The position numbers were made by a program, and so were the translations under genes. Under the pieces are notes generated by a model that made no database searches, had not been told where the DNA came from, and saw nothing but the letters and a program-made list of their open reading frames with translations. From Candidatus Nomurabacteria bacterium (GTDB taxonomy: Bacteria; Patescibacteriota; Saccharimonadia; Saccharimonadales; CAIOMD01), in contig JACKGO010000003.1 in NCBI GenBank assembly GCA_020631975.1, forward strand, positions 42,973 through 106,972: 64,000 nt of DNA. The letters run 5' to 3'. Of this stretch, positions 19,093-29,829 are shown in pieces (position 1 is the first letter of the stretch; the number at the start of each line of letters is the position of its first letter).

Positions 19093-20085
19093 CTATTTGT
19101 ATTGATTATATATAATTCTTTCTAAAGCCTGAGATTTGTGTATAAAGGCCAATTCTATGGCTTTAACTTCTTCTGTTAGCACAGGCAAACGAGGTGTAAG
19201 TTTTTTGTTACTAATAGTTAGCCCAAGAAAAACTAGTGTTCCACCAATAAGAAATGAAACATTCATACTTTCGTTCAAAAATATAACAGCAAGCATAATA
19301 CCTACTATTGGAGTAATGAAATTTGTATCTGCTAGCTTTTCTGCAGGTAGACGACGAGCGCTTTTAAGAAACAGGATATTCGGCAGAAAACCACCTACCG
19401 TTACAACCAACAGTAGCCACAGTATTGCTATTGGGGTAAATGTCGGCATGCTACTGCCATTCCCCACTATAAATGCTGCAACCGCAAATACGATGCCGGC
19501 TAATAAATAATCTGCAAAGGCAAGCTGTTCTGGAGGTAACTTTTTAGTACCTGTGACAATTTTACGAGCTAGTATTACCCCGATAGAAAAAAATACTTCC
19601 GAAAGCAGAATCAACACATCGCCAGCAATACTGGCTTGCCCATTATTCGTATTTGAACCAAATATAATGACAAGTAACCCTGCGCTTGCGAGTACACTAC
19701 CTATCAATACAACTCTATGAACTTTTTCTTTTAATATCAGTACTGATAATAAATATACAAAAAATGGTAGAGATAAACCAATAATAGATGCATGCATCGC
19801 ACTTGTTAATTTTAGCCCAGATAAGTATAAAAACATTGACGCCACAGAAGACGTAAGTGACATAATTATTATGAGAACCAGATGTCTTTTGCTTATTTTA
19901 ATGAATTTACGGAAAGACAAAGCGTACACAATGCCTGCGCCTACCAAAAATCTAATCGCAAGCAATGAAACAAACCCAAAAAATAATAAACTATTTTTAT
20001 ATATTAAAGGTGAAAAACCCCATAAGACACCGCTCATAACGAGCAATTTATAATATTTATTGTGAAATATTTTAATTTTTATCAC
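19093..20085 (-). CDS. DMT-superfamily (EamA) transporter
   Basis: 330 aa with ~10 TM helices and two EamA-like halves. It is a paralog of 26097-27104 (MSGVLWGFSPLIYKNSL versus MSGVLWGFSALFYKKSL). Confidence 0.7.
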   Translation of the reverse strand: MIKIKIFHNKYYKLLVMSGVLWGFSPLIYKNSLLFFGFVSLLAIRFLVGAGIVYALSFRKFIKISKRHLVLIIIMSLTSSVASMFLYLSGLKLTSAMHASIIGLSLPFFVYLLSVLILKEKVHRVVLIGSVLASAGLLVIIFGSNTNNGQASIAGDVLILLSEVFFSIGVILARKIVTGTKKLPPEQLAFADYLLAGIVFAVAAFIVGNGSSMPTFTPIAILWLLLVVTVGGFLPNILFLKSARRLPAEKLADTNFITPIVGIMLAVIFLNESMNVSFLIGGTLVFLGLTISNKKLTPRLPVLTEEVKAIELAFIHKSQALERIIYNQYK

Positions 20086-20126
20086 TATAGTGTTAGTATA
20101 GTCGATTAATTGCTACTTAAGCAATA

Positions 20127-22937
20127 TTATAAGATTTTTTTAAGGTATTGGCCTGTATAGCTAGTTTTAACTTTTGCAATCTGTTGCGGAGTGCCCTCAG
20201 CCACTACCTTGCCGCCGGCTTCGCCGCCCTCTGGACCCATATCTATAATATAGTCGGCACTTTTTATAACATCTAAGTTGTGTTCTATAACAATCATAGA
20301 GTTGCCCGTATCTACTAACGCATGCAAAACTTTTAGTAACCTATTTACATCGTCTATATGTAGCCCAGTTGTCGGTTCGTCTAATATATACAAAGTCTTG
20401 CCGGTAGGCCTGCGAGATAGCTCTGTGGCAAGCTTAATTCGTTGGGCTTCGCCACCACTTAATGTCGTTGCCGATTGGCCAAGCTGTATATAACCTAAGC
20501 CAACTTCTACGAGTGTCTGTAACTTGCGCTTTACCGCTGGGATGTTTTCAAAAAAGTCTAACGCTTGCTCACATGTCATCGCAAGCACATCACTTATTGT
20601 TTTGTCTTTATAATGAATTTCGAGCGCTTCGCGGTTGTAGCGTTTACCATGACATTCTTCGCACGGGACATAAACGTCTGGTAAAAAATGCATTTCTATT
20701 TTAATAATACCGTCACCGGCACAGTTTTCACAGCGCCCACCTTTTACATTAAAGCTAAATCGGCCAGGACTGTATCCACGTATCTTTGATTCAGGAGTGT
20801 TAGAAAATAGCTCTCTAATAGGTGTGAATAACCCAGTGTAGGTTGCTGGGTTACTGCGCGGCGTCCGACCAATTGGTGACTGATCAATTACTATTGCTTT
20901 ATCTAAGTTCTTTAATCCTGCAATTTCAGTATGTTTCCCAGCAACCAGATTTGCCCGATGGAGCCTCGCTTGGAGCTCTTTCGCTAAGATATCATTGACG
21001 AGACTAGACTTTCCAGATCCACTCACACCACTTACTACCACTAATTTACCCAGTGGTATCGTTACGGTTAAGTTTTTTAAATTATTTTCTTTGGCACCAA
21101 CAATTACCAGCTCTTTGCCGTTACCAGCACGTTGTTTTTTGGGCATAGGTACAGTTCTAATACCACTGAGATACTGGCCAGTGATACTGCTGCTGTTCTT
21201 TTCTACTTCTTTCGGAGTACCATGAGCGACAACTTCTCCTCCGTGTATACCAGCACCCGGCCCTATGTCTAATAAATAATCAGCTGTACGAATCGTTTCT
21301 TCGTCATGTTCAACAACCAATACAGTGTTGCCGAGGTCACGTAATTTTTTAAGCGTACCTATGAGTCTTTCATTATCGCGTTGATGCAAACCAATTGACG
21401 GCTCATCTAGCACATAAAGCACGCCTGTTAAGCCCGACCCAATTTGCGTGGCTAGCCGAATACGCTGAGCCTCACCACCACTAAGGGTGACTGCGCTCCG
21501 TGATAGCGATAAATAATTTAAGCCTACGTCGCGCAAGAATGTAAGACGAGCGCGAATTTCTTTAAGTATTTGATGCGCGATCGTTTTTTCGGTATCTGTA
21601 AGAATGATAGTATCAAAAAATTCAATAGCATCATCGATAGATAGATTTACTACATCAATGATGGACATATTTTTAACGGTAACAGCTAATACTGCTGGCT
21701 TTAAACGAGCGCCCTTACAAGCATGGCACGGCTGTTGGAGCATAAATTTTTCAATATCTTTTTTAATAAATTCGCTCTCTGTTTCTTTGTGGCGCCGTTC
21801 TAGGTTAGGGATAACGCCTTCAAAGGTTGTTTCATACGAGCGACCACCGCTGAGTGGCACCTGATATACTTGAGAACCTGTGCCATAAAGCACTTTTTCT
21901 AAATCTTTAGCACTGAGCGTTCCAGTTGGTACGTGTATAGAAAAACCGTTTGCTTCGGCCATGGCTTCTACTTTTTTTAAGTACCAGCTGTCTATGCGAA
22001 TACGGTTCCAGGGCCGTATCGCACCTTCGGCAATGGTAAGCCTCCCGTTTGGCAAAACAAGTTCAGGATCTACTTCAAGCCTATTACCTAGCCCTGTACA
22101 CACGGGGCATGCACCATGTGGCGAATTAAAACTAAACGTACGAGGCTCTAGTTCTGGAATCGCTATGTCTGGATGATCAACGCAAGCATATAGTAGTGAA
22201 TACTGGGTGTCTTCTTTATTATCTACGTCGTGTATTATTATCTTGCCGTCACCAATTTCAAATGCTTGTTCGATAGATTGAGTTGACCTGCTAATGACGT
22301 CTTGACTCACCACCAGCCTATCAACAACAATATCTATACTGTGTTTTTTCGCCTTATCTAGCACAGGAAATTCATCTAAAGCATAGACAACACCATCAAC
22401 ACGAGCACGGGCAAAACCTGCTCGTTGAAATTGCTCTGGGATGTGCTCAAACGCTCCCTTTTTGTCTACGACAATTGGTGCTAATACCAATATACGTTTA
22501 TCCATTCGTGAAGAATGAATTAAATCTACCACTGCAGGAATTGTTTGGCGGTTCACTGCTTTGCCGCACTCTGGACAGTGAGGTATACCTATTCTTGCGT
22601 AAAGCAGTCTAAGGTAGTCATATATTTCAGTGACAGTGGCTACTGTCGAACGAGGATTACGGCTAGTTGATTTTTGATCTATTGATATAGCTGGGCTTAA
22701 ACCTTCTATTTGATCTACGTCTGGTTTTTCCATAAGCCCTAGAAACTGTCGTGCATAACTACTAAGACTTTCTACGTAGCGACGTTGGCCTTCTGCGTAA
22801 ATGGTATCAAAGGCGAGACTAGACTTACCTGATCCTGACAAACCTGTAATAACGACGAGTTTATTTCGTGGCAGGTCAATAGATATGTTTTTTAAATTGT
22901 GCTCACGGGCACCTTTAACCTTTATAAACTCTTGCAT
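20127..22937 (-). CDS. uvrA: excinuclease ABC subunit A
   Basis: 936 aa. The N-terminus is IKVKGAREHNLKNISIDLPRNKLVVITGLSGSGKSSLAFDT. There are two ABC modules and zinc-finger Cys clusters. Confidence 0.95.
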   Translation of the reverse strand: MQEFIKVKGAREHNLKNISIDLPRNKLVVITGLSGSGKSSLAFDTIYAEGQRRYVESLSSYARQFLGLMEKPDVDQIEGLSPAISIDQKSTSRNPRSTVATVTEIYDYLRLLYARIGIPHCPECGKAVNRQTIPAVVDLIHSSRMDKRILVLAPIVVDKKGAFEHIPEQFQRAGFARARVDGVVYALDEFPVLDKAKKHSIDIVVDRLVVSQDVISRSTQSIEQAFEIGDGKIIIHDVDNKEDTQYSLLYACVDHPDIAIPELEPRTFSFNSPHGACPVCTGLGNRLEVDPELVLPNGRLTIAEGAIRPWNRIRIDSWYLKKVEAMAEANGFSIHVPTGTLSAKDLEKVLYGTGSQVYQVPLSGGRSYETTFEGVIPNLERRHKETESEFIKKDIEKFMLQQPCHACKGARLKPAVLAVTVKNMSIIDVVNLSIDDAIEFFDTIILTDTEKTIAHQILKEIRARLTFLRDVGLNYLSLSRSAVTLSGGEAQRIRLATQIGSGLTGVLYVLDEPSIGLHQRDNERLIGTLKKLRDLGNTVLVVEHDEETIRTADYLLDIGPGAGIHGGEVVAHGTPKEVEKNSSSITGQYLSGIRTVPMPKKQRAGNGKELVIVGAKENNLKNLTVTIPLGKLVVVSGVSGSGKSSLVNDILAKELQARLHRANLVAGKHTEIAGLKNLDKAIVIDQSPIGRTPRSNPATYTGLFTPIRELFSNTPESKIRGYSPGRFSFNVKGGRCENCAGDGIIKIEMHFLPDVYVPCEECHGKRYNREALEIHYKDKTISDVLAMTCEQALDFFENIPAVKRKLQTLVEVGLGYIQLGQSATTLSGGEAQRIKLATELSRRPTGKTLYILDEPTTGLHIDDVNRLLKVLHALVDTGNSMIVIEHNLDVIKSADYIIDMGPEGGEAGGKVVAEGTPQQIAKVKTSYTGQYLKKIL

Positions 22938-22992
22938 CGACCATCAATTGTAACAAAATTATATCTAATTTTCTAGATACTTATAGTACTAT

Positions 22993-23832
22993 ATGGAAAG
23001 TATGAAAAAAATTGCCATACAAGGCCAAGCTGGATCGTTTCACCATGTAGCGGCATGTTCAGTCTATGGTGAAGATATTGCTATCGTTGCGTGCGATACT
23101 TTTAAATCTGTATTTACGACGCTACACCAAGGCCAGGCAGATGCAGCGATTGTAGCAATAGAAAACTCACTATATGGGTCTATTAATGAGGTATACGATT
23201 TACTTCTTGAATACCCTTTTGCAATCGTAGGCGAAGTAGAAGAAAAAATTCATCAGTGTCTTATTACGCTGCCAGGTGTACATATTTCTGACATCACAGC
23301 CGTACACTCTCACCCGGTTGCGCTTTCACAATGTACGAATTTTCTCGATCAGAAACTGCCGCAGGCAACTCGTTACGAACGATATGACACGGCTGAAAGT
23401 GTAACGTATATAAAACGGTTACAAGACCCTAAGCATGCAGCTATTGCGAGTAGCGCCTCAGCCCGCATGCATAATTTACCAATCGCCAAATCTAATATAC
23501 AAAATCATCAATCCAACTCTACTCGTTTTTTTGTTATTGATGCTAAAAAGAACAATTATAGTAGTACTAATAAAGCATCACTTGTTATAGAAACCACTCA
23601 CACACCAGGGGCGTTGTATGAAGCACTCGGAGTTTTTAAATCATACAATGCTAATCTTACTAAACTACAGTCACGACCAATTCAATCTACCGTTTGGCGC
23701 TATATGTTCTATGTAGATATTGAAACAACACCACAAAATATGCCAAAAATTATTGACTCATTGCAAGCAAAGGGTTGTAAAACGATTTTGCTAGGTATGT
23801 ACACAAAAAATTTAACAACTGTAAACGCATAA
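22993..23832 (+). CDS. pheA: prephenate dehydratase (PDT + ACT domains)
   Basis: It has IAIQGQAGSFHHVAA, VAIENSLYGSI, TRFFVI and an ACT region with LQSRP. Confidence 0.85.
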   Translation: MESMKKIAIQGQAGSFHHVAACSVYGEDIAIVACDTFKSVFTTLHQGQADAAIVAIENSLYGSINEVYDLLLEYPFAIVGEVEEKIHQCLITLPGVHISDITAVHSHPVALSQCTNFLDQKLPQATRYERYDTAESVTYIKRLQDPKHAAIASSASARMHNLPIAKSNIQNHQSNSTRFFVIDAKKNNYSSTNKASLVIETTHTPGALYEALGVFKSYNANLTKLQSRPIQSTVWRYMFYVDIETTPQNMPKIIDSLQAKGCKTILLGMYTKNLTTVNA

Positions 23833-23925
23833 GTCGTAGGGTTATTAAATTAGCAACTGTACATCATATGTAATACACAACGACTATCGTAGTAGAAATC
23901 AAGTACTAATTGGTACAATACTATA

Positions 23926-24321
23926 GTGAAAAGACACGTTAAACGCGTAATATATGATGTTGTTGGCATTTTGTTGATACTTATTAGTCCTTTTTTGGGC
24001 TGGATTCCAGGACCAGGTGGTATACCTGTGTTTCTTGCTGGATTAGGCTTGCTAGCGGTGCATAATGATTGGGCGAAACGTATTCTAGATTGGGCTAAGA
24101 TAAATGCCGATCATCTGCTCGCTTCACTGTTTCCACGCAAAAAATCAATTGAACGCGTGCATGATGCAATAGGTATATTGCTTATAATTTTAAGTGGTGT
24201 TGCTTTTTATTACCTCACCCCTCCACTGCAATACATTTTAGCAATAGCTTTGCTATCAAGTGCTACCTTTTGGCTTCTGTACAACAGACGTAGGTACCAT
24301 TGGTTTATAAAAAAACACTAG
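23926..24321 (+). CDS. PGPGW-motif membrane protein
   Basis: 131 aa. It carries LGWIPGPGGIPVFLAGLGLLA, the PGPGW family signature. Confidence 0.6.
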   Translation: MKRHVKRVIYDVVGILLILISPFLGWIPGPGGIPVFLAGLGLLAVHNDWAKRILDWAKINADHLLASLFPRKKSIERVHDAIGILLIILSGVAFYYLTPPLQYILAIALLSSATFWLLYNRRRYHWFIKKH

Positions 24322-24369
24322 CTTATTACTACTATTGATTTTTTGTAAAATTTATGATACTTTACAAAT

Positions 24370-24612
24370 ATGATCTGGTGGCTTTACTACAATTCTGCAC
24401 AAATTATTATACTGCTTGCAGGGTTTCACATGCTGCCCCACTACACCGTCGCCTATAAACCCTTTTTTGAGTTAATTGTACTAGGTATTATTCCTGGTAC
24501 ATCTGTGCAATTAGGATTTTATTCATCGCTTATAGTTACACTTTCTTTGTTGCTGGCAATTTTAGTTTTGACTCATAGGGCGCATATAGCTATGCTACCA
24601 AAACATACTTAA
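24370..24612 (+). CDS. hypothetical small membrane protein
   Basis: 80 aa with 2-3 hydrophobic helices and no recognisable motif. Confidence 0.35.
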   Translation: MIWWLYYNSAQIIILLAGFHMLPHYTVAYKPFFELIVLGIIPGTSVQLGFYSSLIVTLSLLLAILVLTHRAHIAMLPKHT

Positions 24613-26060
24613 TGCTCTATAGCCGGTATAATGCTTTCTCCCCATAGCCATAGATCTTCAAGAAGCCCAATGTTTCTTTGGTTTCCTGCTGATTCTACAG
24701 CAAGTTTTTGAATAAGAGAAAAATAATCATCTGCAGACATACTGTTTGTACCAGTTGTGAGCTTCGTGTGTACGTATTGGTTCCACTCTAGTTGTTCGTC
24801 TGCAGATAATACTTCTTTACTGAGGCGTGCCTTGTAGAGTAACAGTAATTTTACGAGCCTTTCATCGTCAAATGTTGGGTGTACGTCAGCCAGCTCTTTC
24901 ACCTTAGCTTTGCTTACCTGTTGCATCTTTCTTTTATCGGCATCGTTAAAAAAGCCATTATACAATTGGCTATCTACTGTCTGTATATCTACCGCAAGCT
25001 CAGTTTGTACGTTTGTCATTTTATCTTCATAGGCTTGTCTGACTCTGTTGGTAAATGTTGGGTCAGCTACTAAGGTACGCCAGTGCTGTTGTATGGCCGT
25101 CATATCAATAAAAATATTTTTCTGAGCAGATGGGGTGAGTACCGTCAATGGTGCCACGGCGGGACATTTATTATATACCAGCTCTTTTACTGGTAGTCTG
25201 ACTGGTGCTGTTTCGTCTTTTGTATATTGCATTCTCTCGAGCATGTCTGGTATAGACATTTTTAGGAATTCTGTTGGATCAAACCGTAAATCATACACAA
25301 GTGCACGATTTCCCGGATAGACTGGATGATCTGCTAGTAGTACAGCAACAGACGTTTTTTCGTATGCACCGTTATAACGACCGGTCGTATAAACAAAAGG
25401 CTCTCCGCTATTAACTACTGCCTGTACTGCTTGCTTTGTTCGCATGGCATACAAGTACGAAAATAGTTTTGGTTGTGTTTGCTTTATAAGTTTTGCCACG
25501 GCAATGGTAGCATACACATCAGATAGTGCATCATGTGCGTTTTCGTGCTGCAAATGATTAACACTTGTAAGCAGCTCCAGCGAGTTAGAAGGCCGGCCAT
25601 CGCTTGCAAAGGGCCACTCTATACCATCTGGTCGCAAGGCTCGTGTCATCCTAACGACATCTAGCATATCCCATACAGATCTACCGTTAGCGTATGACCA
25701 CTCGTAAGCGTCATAAAAATTTCTGTAAAGTAAGAATCGAATAAATTCGTTGTCAAATCGAATAGAATTAAAACCGAGTATAGTAGTATAGGGTGTTGCA
25801 ATTGATTCAATAAAATAGCGACAAAATTCTCGCTCCGAAATTCCGTCGGCAATTGTTTGCTGGGGTGCGATACCTGTCACTAGTATCGCCTGCGGTTCAG
25901 GCAAAATGTCATCTGACATTTTAATGAGGGTGTTATCTGGTGGTCCAATTGGCTCAAGATCCAATGTTGTCCGCTGGCCGGCAAATTGCATAATACGTGC
26001 ACTGCGCGGATTAATGCCACTTGTTTCTAAATCATAAAAATATAATGTGTCATTCGCCAT
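24609..26060 (-). CDS. sbcB: exodeoxyribonuclease I
   Basis: 483 aa. The DEDDh exonuclease N-terminus is FYDLETSGINPRSARIMQFAG with HDALSDV. An ExoI-type C-terminal domain follows. Confidence 0.85.
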   Translation of the reverse strand: MANDTLYFYDLETSGINPRSARIMQFAGQRTTLDLEPIGPPDNTLIKMSDDILPEPQAILVTGIAPQQTIADGISEREFCRYFIESIATPYTTILGFNSIRFDNEFIRFLLYRNFYDAYEWSYANGRSVWDMLDVVRMTRALRPDGIEWPFASDGRPSNSLELLTSVNHLQHENAHDALSDVYATIAVAKLIKQTQPKLFSYLYAMRTKQAVQAVVNSGEPFVYTTGRYNGAYEKTSVAVLLADHPVYPGNRALVYDLRFDPTEFLKMSIPDMLERMQYTKDETAPVRLPVKELVYNKCPAVAPLTVLTPSAQKNIFIDMTAIQQHWRTLVADPTFTNRVRQAYEDKMTNVQTELAVDIQTVDSQLYNGFFNDADKRKMQQVSKAKVKELADVHPTFDDERLVKLLLLYKARLSKEVLSADEQLEWNQYVHTKLTTGTNSMSADDYFSLIQKLAVESAGNQRNIGLLEDLWLWGESIIPAIEH

Positions 26061-26096
26061 AATCTAAACCAATGGTAGCAGAAATATATACAAATA

Positions 26097-27104
26097 CTAC
26101 CATTTAACTTCTACACGAATGTGCTCATATGCACGCTTCGGTAACCTAAATATAGCTTGCAGAGTACTTACATCAGCACGCAAATGATGGGCTATATAAA
26201 CTGGATGAATTTTATTATGGCTTATAAGTAGTCCAGCTATAACTAATGCAGCGCCAATCACAAAAGACGCTGATATTTGTTCACCTAATAAAAAAACGCC
26301 CACTAGTGCGCCGGTTGTTGGAGATATAAAACTCACGTCAGCGAGTCTGGGTGCTGGTAATGTTCTGATTGATCGATTATATAACGTTAATGGTATTGCT
26401 CCACACAGTATAGAAGCCCCGATAATCCATCCCCACGAAGACACGTTTAATGCACCTAACTCACTCAAATTACCACTAAATATTGCGAATACACCAAACG
26501 GTATTACTGCTAGTGAATATTCAATAAACCCAAGTTGTTCTCCTGGTATTTTTTTATATTTTGTTAGGAGCTTTCTACCAATTACAATTGCGGATGCTGT
26601 CAAGAAAGCCATAAAGAATAATAATATATCTCCGGTTACAGAAGAGACTGTATCGTTAGTAGCAGAGACTGATCCTAGTATAATTCCGAGCATACCCATT
26701 ACCGCAATCACCGCTCCAACAATTACACGTTTATGCGGTTGTTCTGATAAAAATATTGCAGCCAAAAAGTATACAATAAACGGAGTAGACAGATGAATAA
26801 CGGCAGCATGAATAGCAGTAGTTCTTTGAATACCAGCAGAATATAAAAAATTAATTATGACTGTATCTACAATGGTAAAAAGTGCAATAAGCCCCAGTAC
26901 TCGCACAGATAACCGAACAAATTTTTTGCGTTCTGTTGCATAAATAAAAACTGCACCTAAAATAAATCGAACCGCCAATAATACCGAAATAGATACTACA
27001 GCTAAAGATTTTTTATAAAATAATGCAGAAAACCCCCATAATACCCCACTCATAAACAACATTGAGTATGCTTGATGTGAATAACTCCGTACTTTATGTT
27101 TCAT
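26097..27104 (-). CDS. DMT-superfamily (EamA) transporter
   Basis: It has ~10 TM helices. The start is taken at ATG 27104 (MKHKVRSY). The track ORF runs to 27206, inside the photolyase gene. Confidence 0.7.
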   Translation of the reverse strand: MKHKVRSYSHQAYSMLFMSGVLWGFSALFYKKSLAVVSISVLLAVRFILGAVFIYATERKKFVRLSVRVLGLIALFTIVDTVIINFLYSAGIQRTTAIHAAVIHLSTPFIVYFLAAIFLSEQPHKRVIVGAVIAVMGMLGIILGSVSATNDTVSSVTGDILLFFMAFLTASAIVIGRKLLTKYKKIPGEQLGFIEYSLAVIPFGVFAIFSGNLSELGALNVSSWGWIIGASILCGAIPLTLYNRSIRTLPAPRLADVSFISPTTGALVGVFLLGEQISASFVIGAALVIAGLLISHNKIHPVYIAHHLRADVSTLQAIFRLPKRAYEHIRVEVKW

Positions 27105-28503
27105 ATTTTTGTATGTAGGCTTCAATATCGAACTTACGTTTAAGCCCATTATATACCATTGATCGTACTGTTCCATATACCGGCCGTTCGCCCCAAGGCC
27201 GATCATGAAGTCCAGCTATACTCCACAAAATACCAACATAGCCGTTTGGGTCACCACCGTCAATTGAATAAAAATCATTTAAGTATATGAGTTTTTGCTG
27301 TGCTTCTTGCGCACTCTTTGACCACTCAAGTACTTTTTTTGCCCAATACATGCGCATATAGCCATGCATCTTACCGGTCGCAGTTAACTGTCGCTGAGCA
27401 GCATTCCATGCAAGGTCGTGCGTATTCGCAGTTTCTAGCTCTTGTAGGCTATATATGTAGTTTCGTGGGTCTGTTTCGTGTTTCTGGAGTGTACGACGTG
27501 ACCATTCAGGCGCTCCTCGTAGCGTCGTGTAATCTTGGTTATAGTTGCAATAATTATCAGCTAATTCTTTACGTATTACGAGCTCTTCTTGTAGTGCATC
27601 AGCGTCATTTTGCAACGCTGCATTAGCAACTACCGCAGCCGAAACTGCATTCATTACAGATACACTCCCTATCTGACCAAAATGTAGATACGGACTTAGG
27701 TCTGATGTATGTTGCTTTGTAGGATCATTTCTACTGTGTGCGTAGCCATGTAGCTTCGTGTCAATAAAGTGCTGTAAATGCTGCTGTGCTGCTGTTTCAC
27801 CTGCGGTGAAACCACTGTGAGTATTGTTTGGTGTGTGCTGGTTAATATATAGGGTAAGATTTTCAGCTACTTCTTTTAGATTCATGACAGCACCCGGCCA
27901 GCGATACGGATGTTTTTTTATCGTAGAATGATGATGTATAAAATCGTTATAGTGTGAATATATTTTAGGACGTATCGTACGAGCACTATATTCTTGTTTA
28001 TTACTGACGAGCCACGGGGGCACAATATTATGAGAATCAACAATACATAGTGGCACTGTTTGAGATAAGACATTTTGCCAGCGTAGTGTGCCACGAAGTG
28101 GTGAATAATCAGTTACCATCAGTGCAGGTTTGGTGTGGTGTGCGATATTCCTTAGCACAACATCGTGCGGACCAAATAGGGCAATAAAAGGTATCGCGAG
28201 TTTAGCTAATGTTGTTTCTATCTCGCGCAAGCCTTCAATCATGAATACTACATGCTCGCGGGCGCGACCCTTAACAGGAGAAAAACAAAATACAACTGCG
28301 AGTGGCAGCTTATGACGCAGAGCATAATCTTGCGCATAAGCTAACCCGAAATTGTCGGTAATTCTTTGATCACGACTCATTACGTAGATTACTGATTGAC
28401 CGTTTGCATTTGGTAAGGTATTGATTATTTTGGTACGAAGAGCTAACTCACTAATATTGGATTTTTCCACAACTAGGATCTCCAATTTGTATGTGGTCGC
28501 CAT
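27094..28503 (-). CDS. deoxyribodipyrimidine photolyase, class II
   Basis: 469 aa. The C-terminal motifs GKMHGYMRMYWAKKVLEW and DPNGYVGILWSIAGLHDRPW are typical of class II CPD photolyases. The annotated start overlaps obg by 53 nt, so a later start is possible. Confidence 0.85.
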   Translation of the reverse strand: MATTYKLEILVVEKSNISELALRTKIINTLPNANGQSVIYVMSRDQRITDNFGLAYAQDYALRHKLPLAVVFCFSPVKGRAREHVVFMIEGLREIETTLAKLAIPFIALFGPHDVVLRNIAHHTKPALMVTDYSPLRGTLRWQNVLSQTVPLCIVDSHNIVPPWLVSNKQEYSARTIRPKIYSHYNDFIHHHSTIKKHPYRWPGAVMNLKEVAENLTLYINQHTPNNTHSGFTAGETAAQQHLQHFIDTKLHGYAHSRNDPTKQHTSDLSPYLHFGQIGSVSVMNAVSAAVVANAALQNDADALQEELVIRKELADNYCNYNQDYTTLRGAPEWSRRTLQKHETDPRNYIYSLQELETANTHDLAWNAAQRQLTATGKMHGYMRMYWAKKVLEWSKSAQEAQQKLIYLNDFYSIDGGDPNGYVGILWSIAGLHDRPWGERPVYGTVRSMVYNGLKRKFDIEAYIQKYET

Positions 28504-29734
28504 ATTCTATACCTAATTTAAGTAGTTGATTCGTTATGCCCATTTTTTTCAAAATATCGCGTAAACGCATCACGCCAAAGTCGTTTTCGTAGTCTGTGCG
28601 TTTTGCAAATAATTCTATTTTCTTACCAGTGACTAAGAATAGCCCATCTTTCACCTTACTTGCGACCCATTGTGTATCGTTTTGTTCTAATGTTATTAAC
28701 GGTAGTGCATCTTCATCGGCGTGAAGCTCGCTCTGTTTCTCGTCAGCTTCTATTACGAGTTTTGCTGCTTTGTGCAATAATTCTTTGATTTTTGTATGAG
28801 CATGCGCAGATACAACACATATTGTGCTACCGTCTGGTATTACTTCACTCAGTAATTCTTTCTGCATCGCAATTATTTCTTCATCTACAAGTTCTGCCTT
28901 TGTAAATACAATAATTTGCTGTTTTTGGGCAAGTTCTTGATTATAAGCTGATAGCTCTTTCTGTATCATAGTGTAATCGGTAGCGACATCATTGCTCGTC
29001 ACGTCAATTAAATGCAATAGCACTTTGCAGCGCGAAACATGGCGTAAAAAGTCATCACCAAGACCTTTGCCTTTGCTTGCCCCTTCTATAAGCCCTGGTA
29101 TATCTGCAATAAGCAGTGAATGGCTATCTATGTCTACAACACCGAGGTTAGGCACAGTTGTCGTAAAAGGATAATTTGCTATTTCTGGCTTGGCATTACT
29201 CACAACACTTAGGAGCGTGCTCTTACCAGCATTTGGCAAGCCAATCAAGCCAATGTCTGCGACAAGTTTCATTTCTAATATAACCGTTCGTTGCTCGCCT
29301 TGTTCACCCTTTTCTGCTACTCGTGGTGCTTGTCGTACAGAACTCGTAAAATGTGCATTACCAAAACCGCCAGAGCCACCCTTAGCAATGACTGCTGCCT
29401 GATTATCTTCTGTTAAATCAGCAATAACATCACCTGTTTCGGCATTCACAATTGTTGTGCCTATTGGTACGAGTACAACAGTGTCTTTGGCAGAACGACC
29501 ACGTTTTTTCCGTTTACTTCCTGCCTGGCCATGTTCTGCTTGAATACGTTTTTGATACCTAAACGTCGCAAGGGTATTTTCATTTCTCGTTGCCTGCAAT
29601 ATGACATCGCCACCCTTACCGCCATCTCCGCCATCAGGGCCACCTCTGTCTACAAATTTTTCATGTCTAAAACTAACGATGCCACTACCACCGTCACCAG
29701 CCAATACGTCAATCGTCACTATATCTACAAACAT
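28451..29734 (-). CDS. obg: GTPase Obg/CgtA
   Basis: It has MFVDIVTIDVLAGDGGSGIVSFRHEKF, a Gly-rich Obg fold, G1 GLPNAGKST, G3 DIPGLIEG and a C-terminal Obg_CT-like domain. Confidence 0.9.
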   Translation of the reverse strand: MFVDIVTIDVLAGDGGSGIVSFRHEKFVDRGGPDGGDGGKGGDVILQATRNENTLATFRYQKRIQAEHGQAGSKRKKRGRSAKDTVVLVPIGTTIVNAETGDVIADLTEDNQAAVIAKGGSGGFGNAHFTSSVRQAPRVAEKGEQGEQRTVILEMKLVADIGLIGLPNAGKSTLLSVVSNAKPEIANYPFTTTVPNLGVVDIDSHSLLIADIPGLIEGASKGKGLGDDFLRHVSRCKVLLHLIDVTSNDVATDYTMIQKELSAYNQELAQKQQIIVFTKAELVDEEIIAMQKELLSEVIPDGSTICVVSAHAHTKIKELLHKAAKLVIEADEKQSELHADEDALPLITLEQNDTQWVASKVKDGLFLVTGKKIELFAKRTDYENDFGVMRLRDILKKMGITNQLLKLGIEYGDHIQIGDPSCGKIQY

Positions 29735-29829
29735 ACTGTTACTAGTGTACCAGATAGGCTCAAAGAACAGTGTAGGCGAAGCAAATAAATAATCTCTTGT
29801 GAGGTTGTGTTGCTAGAATTATCGGTAAC

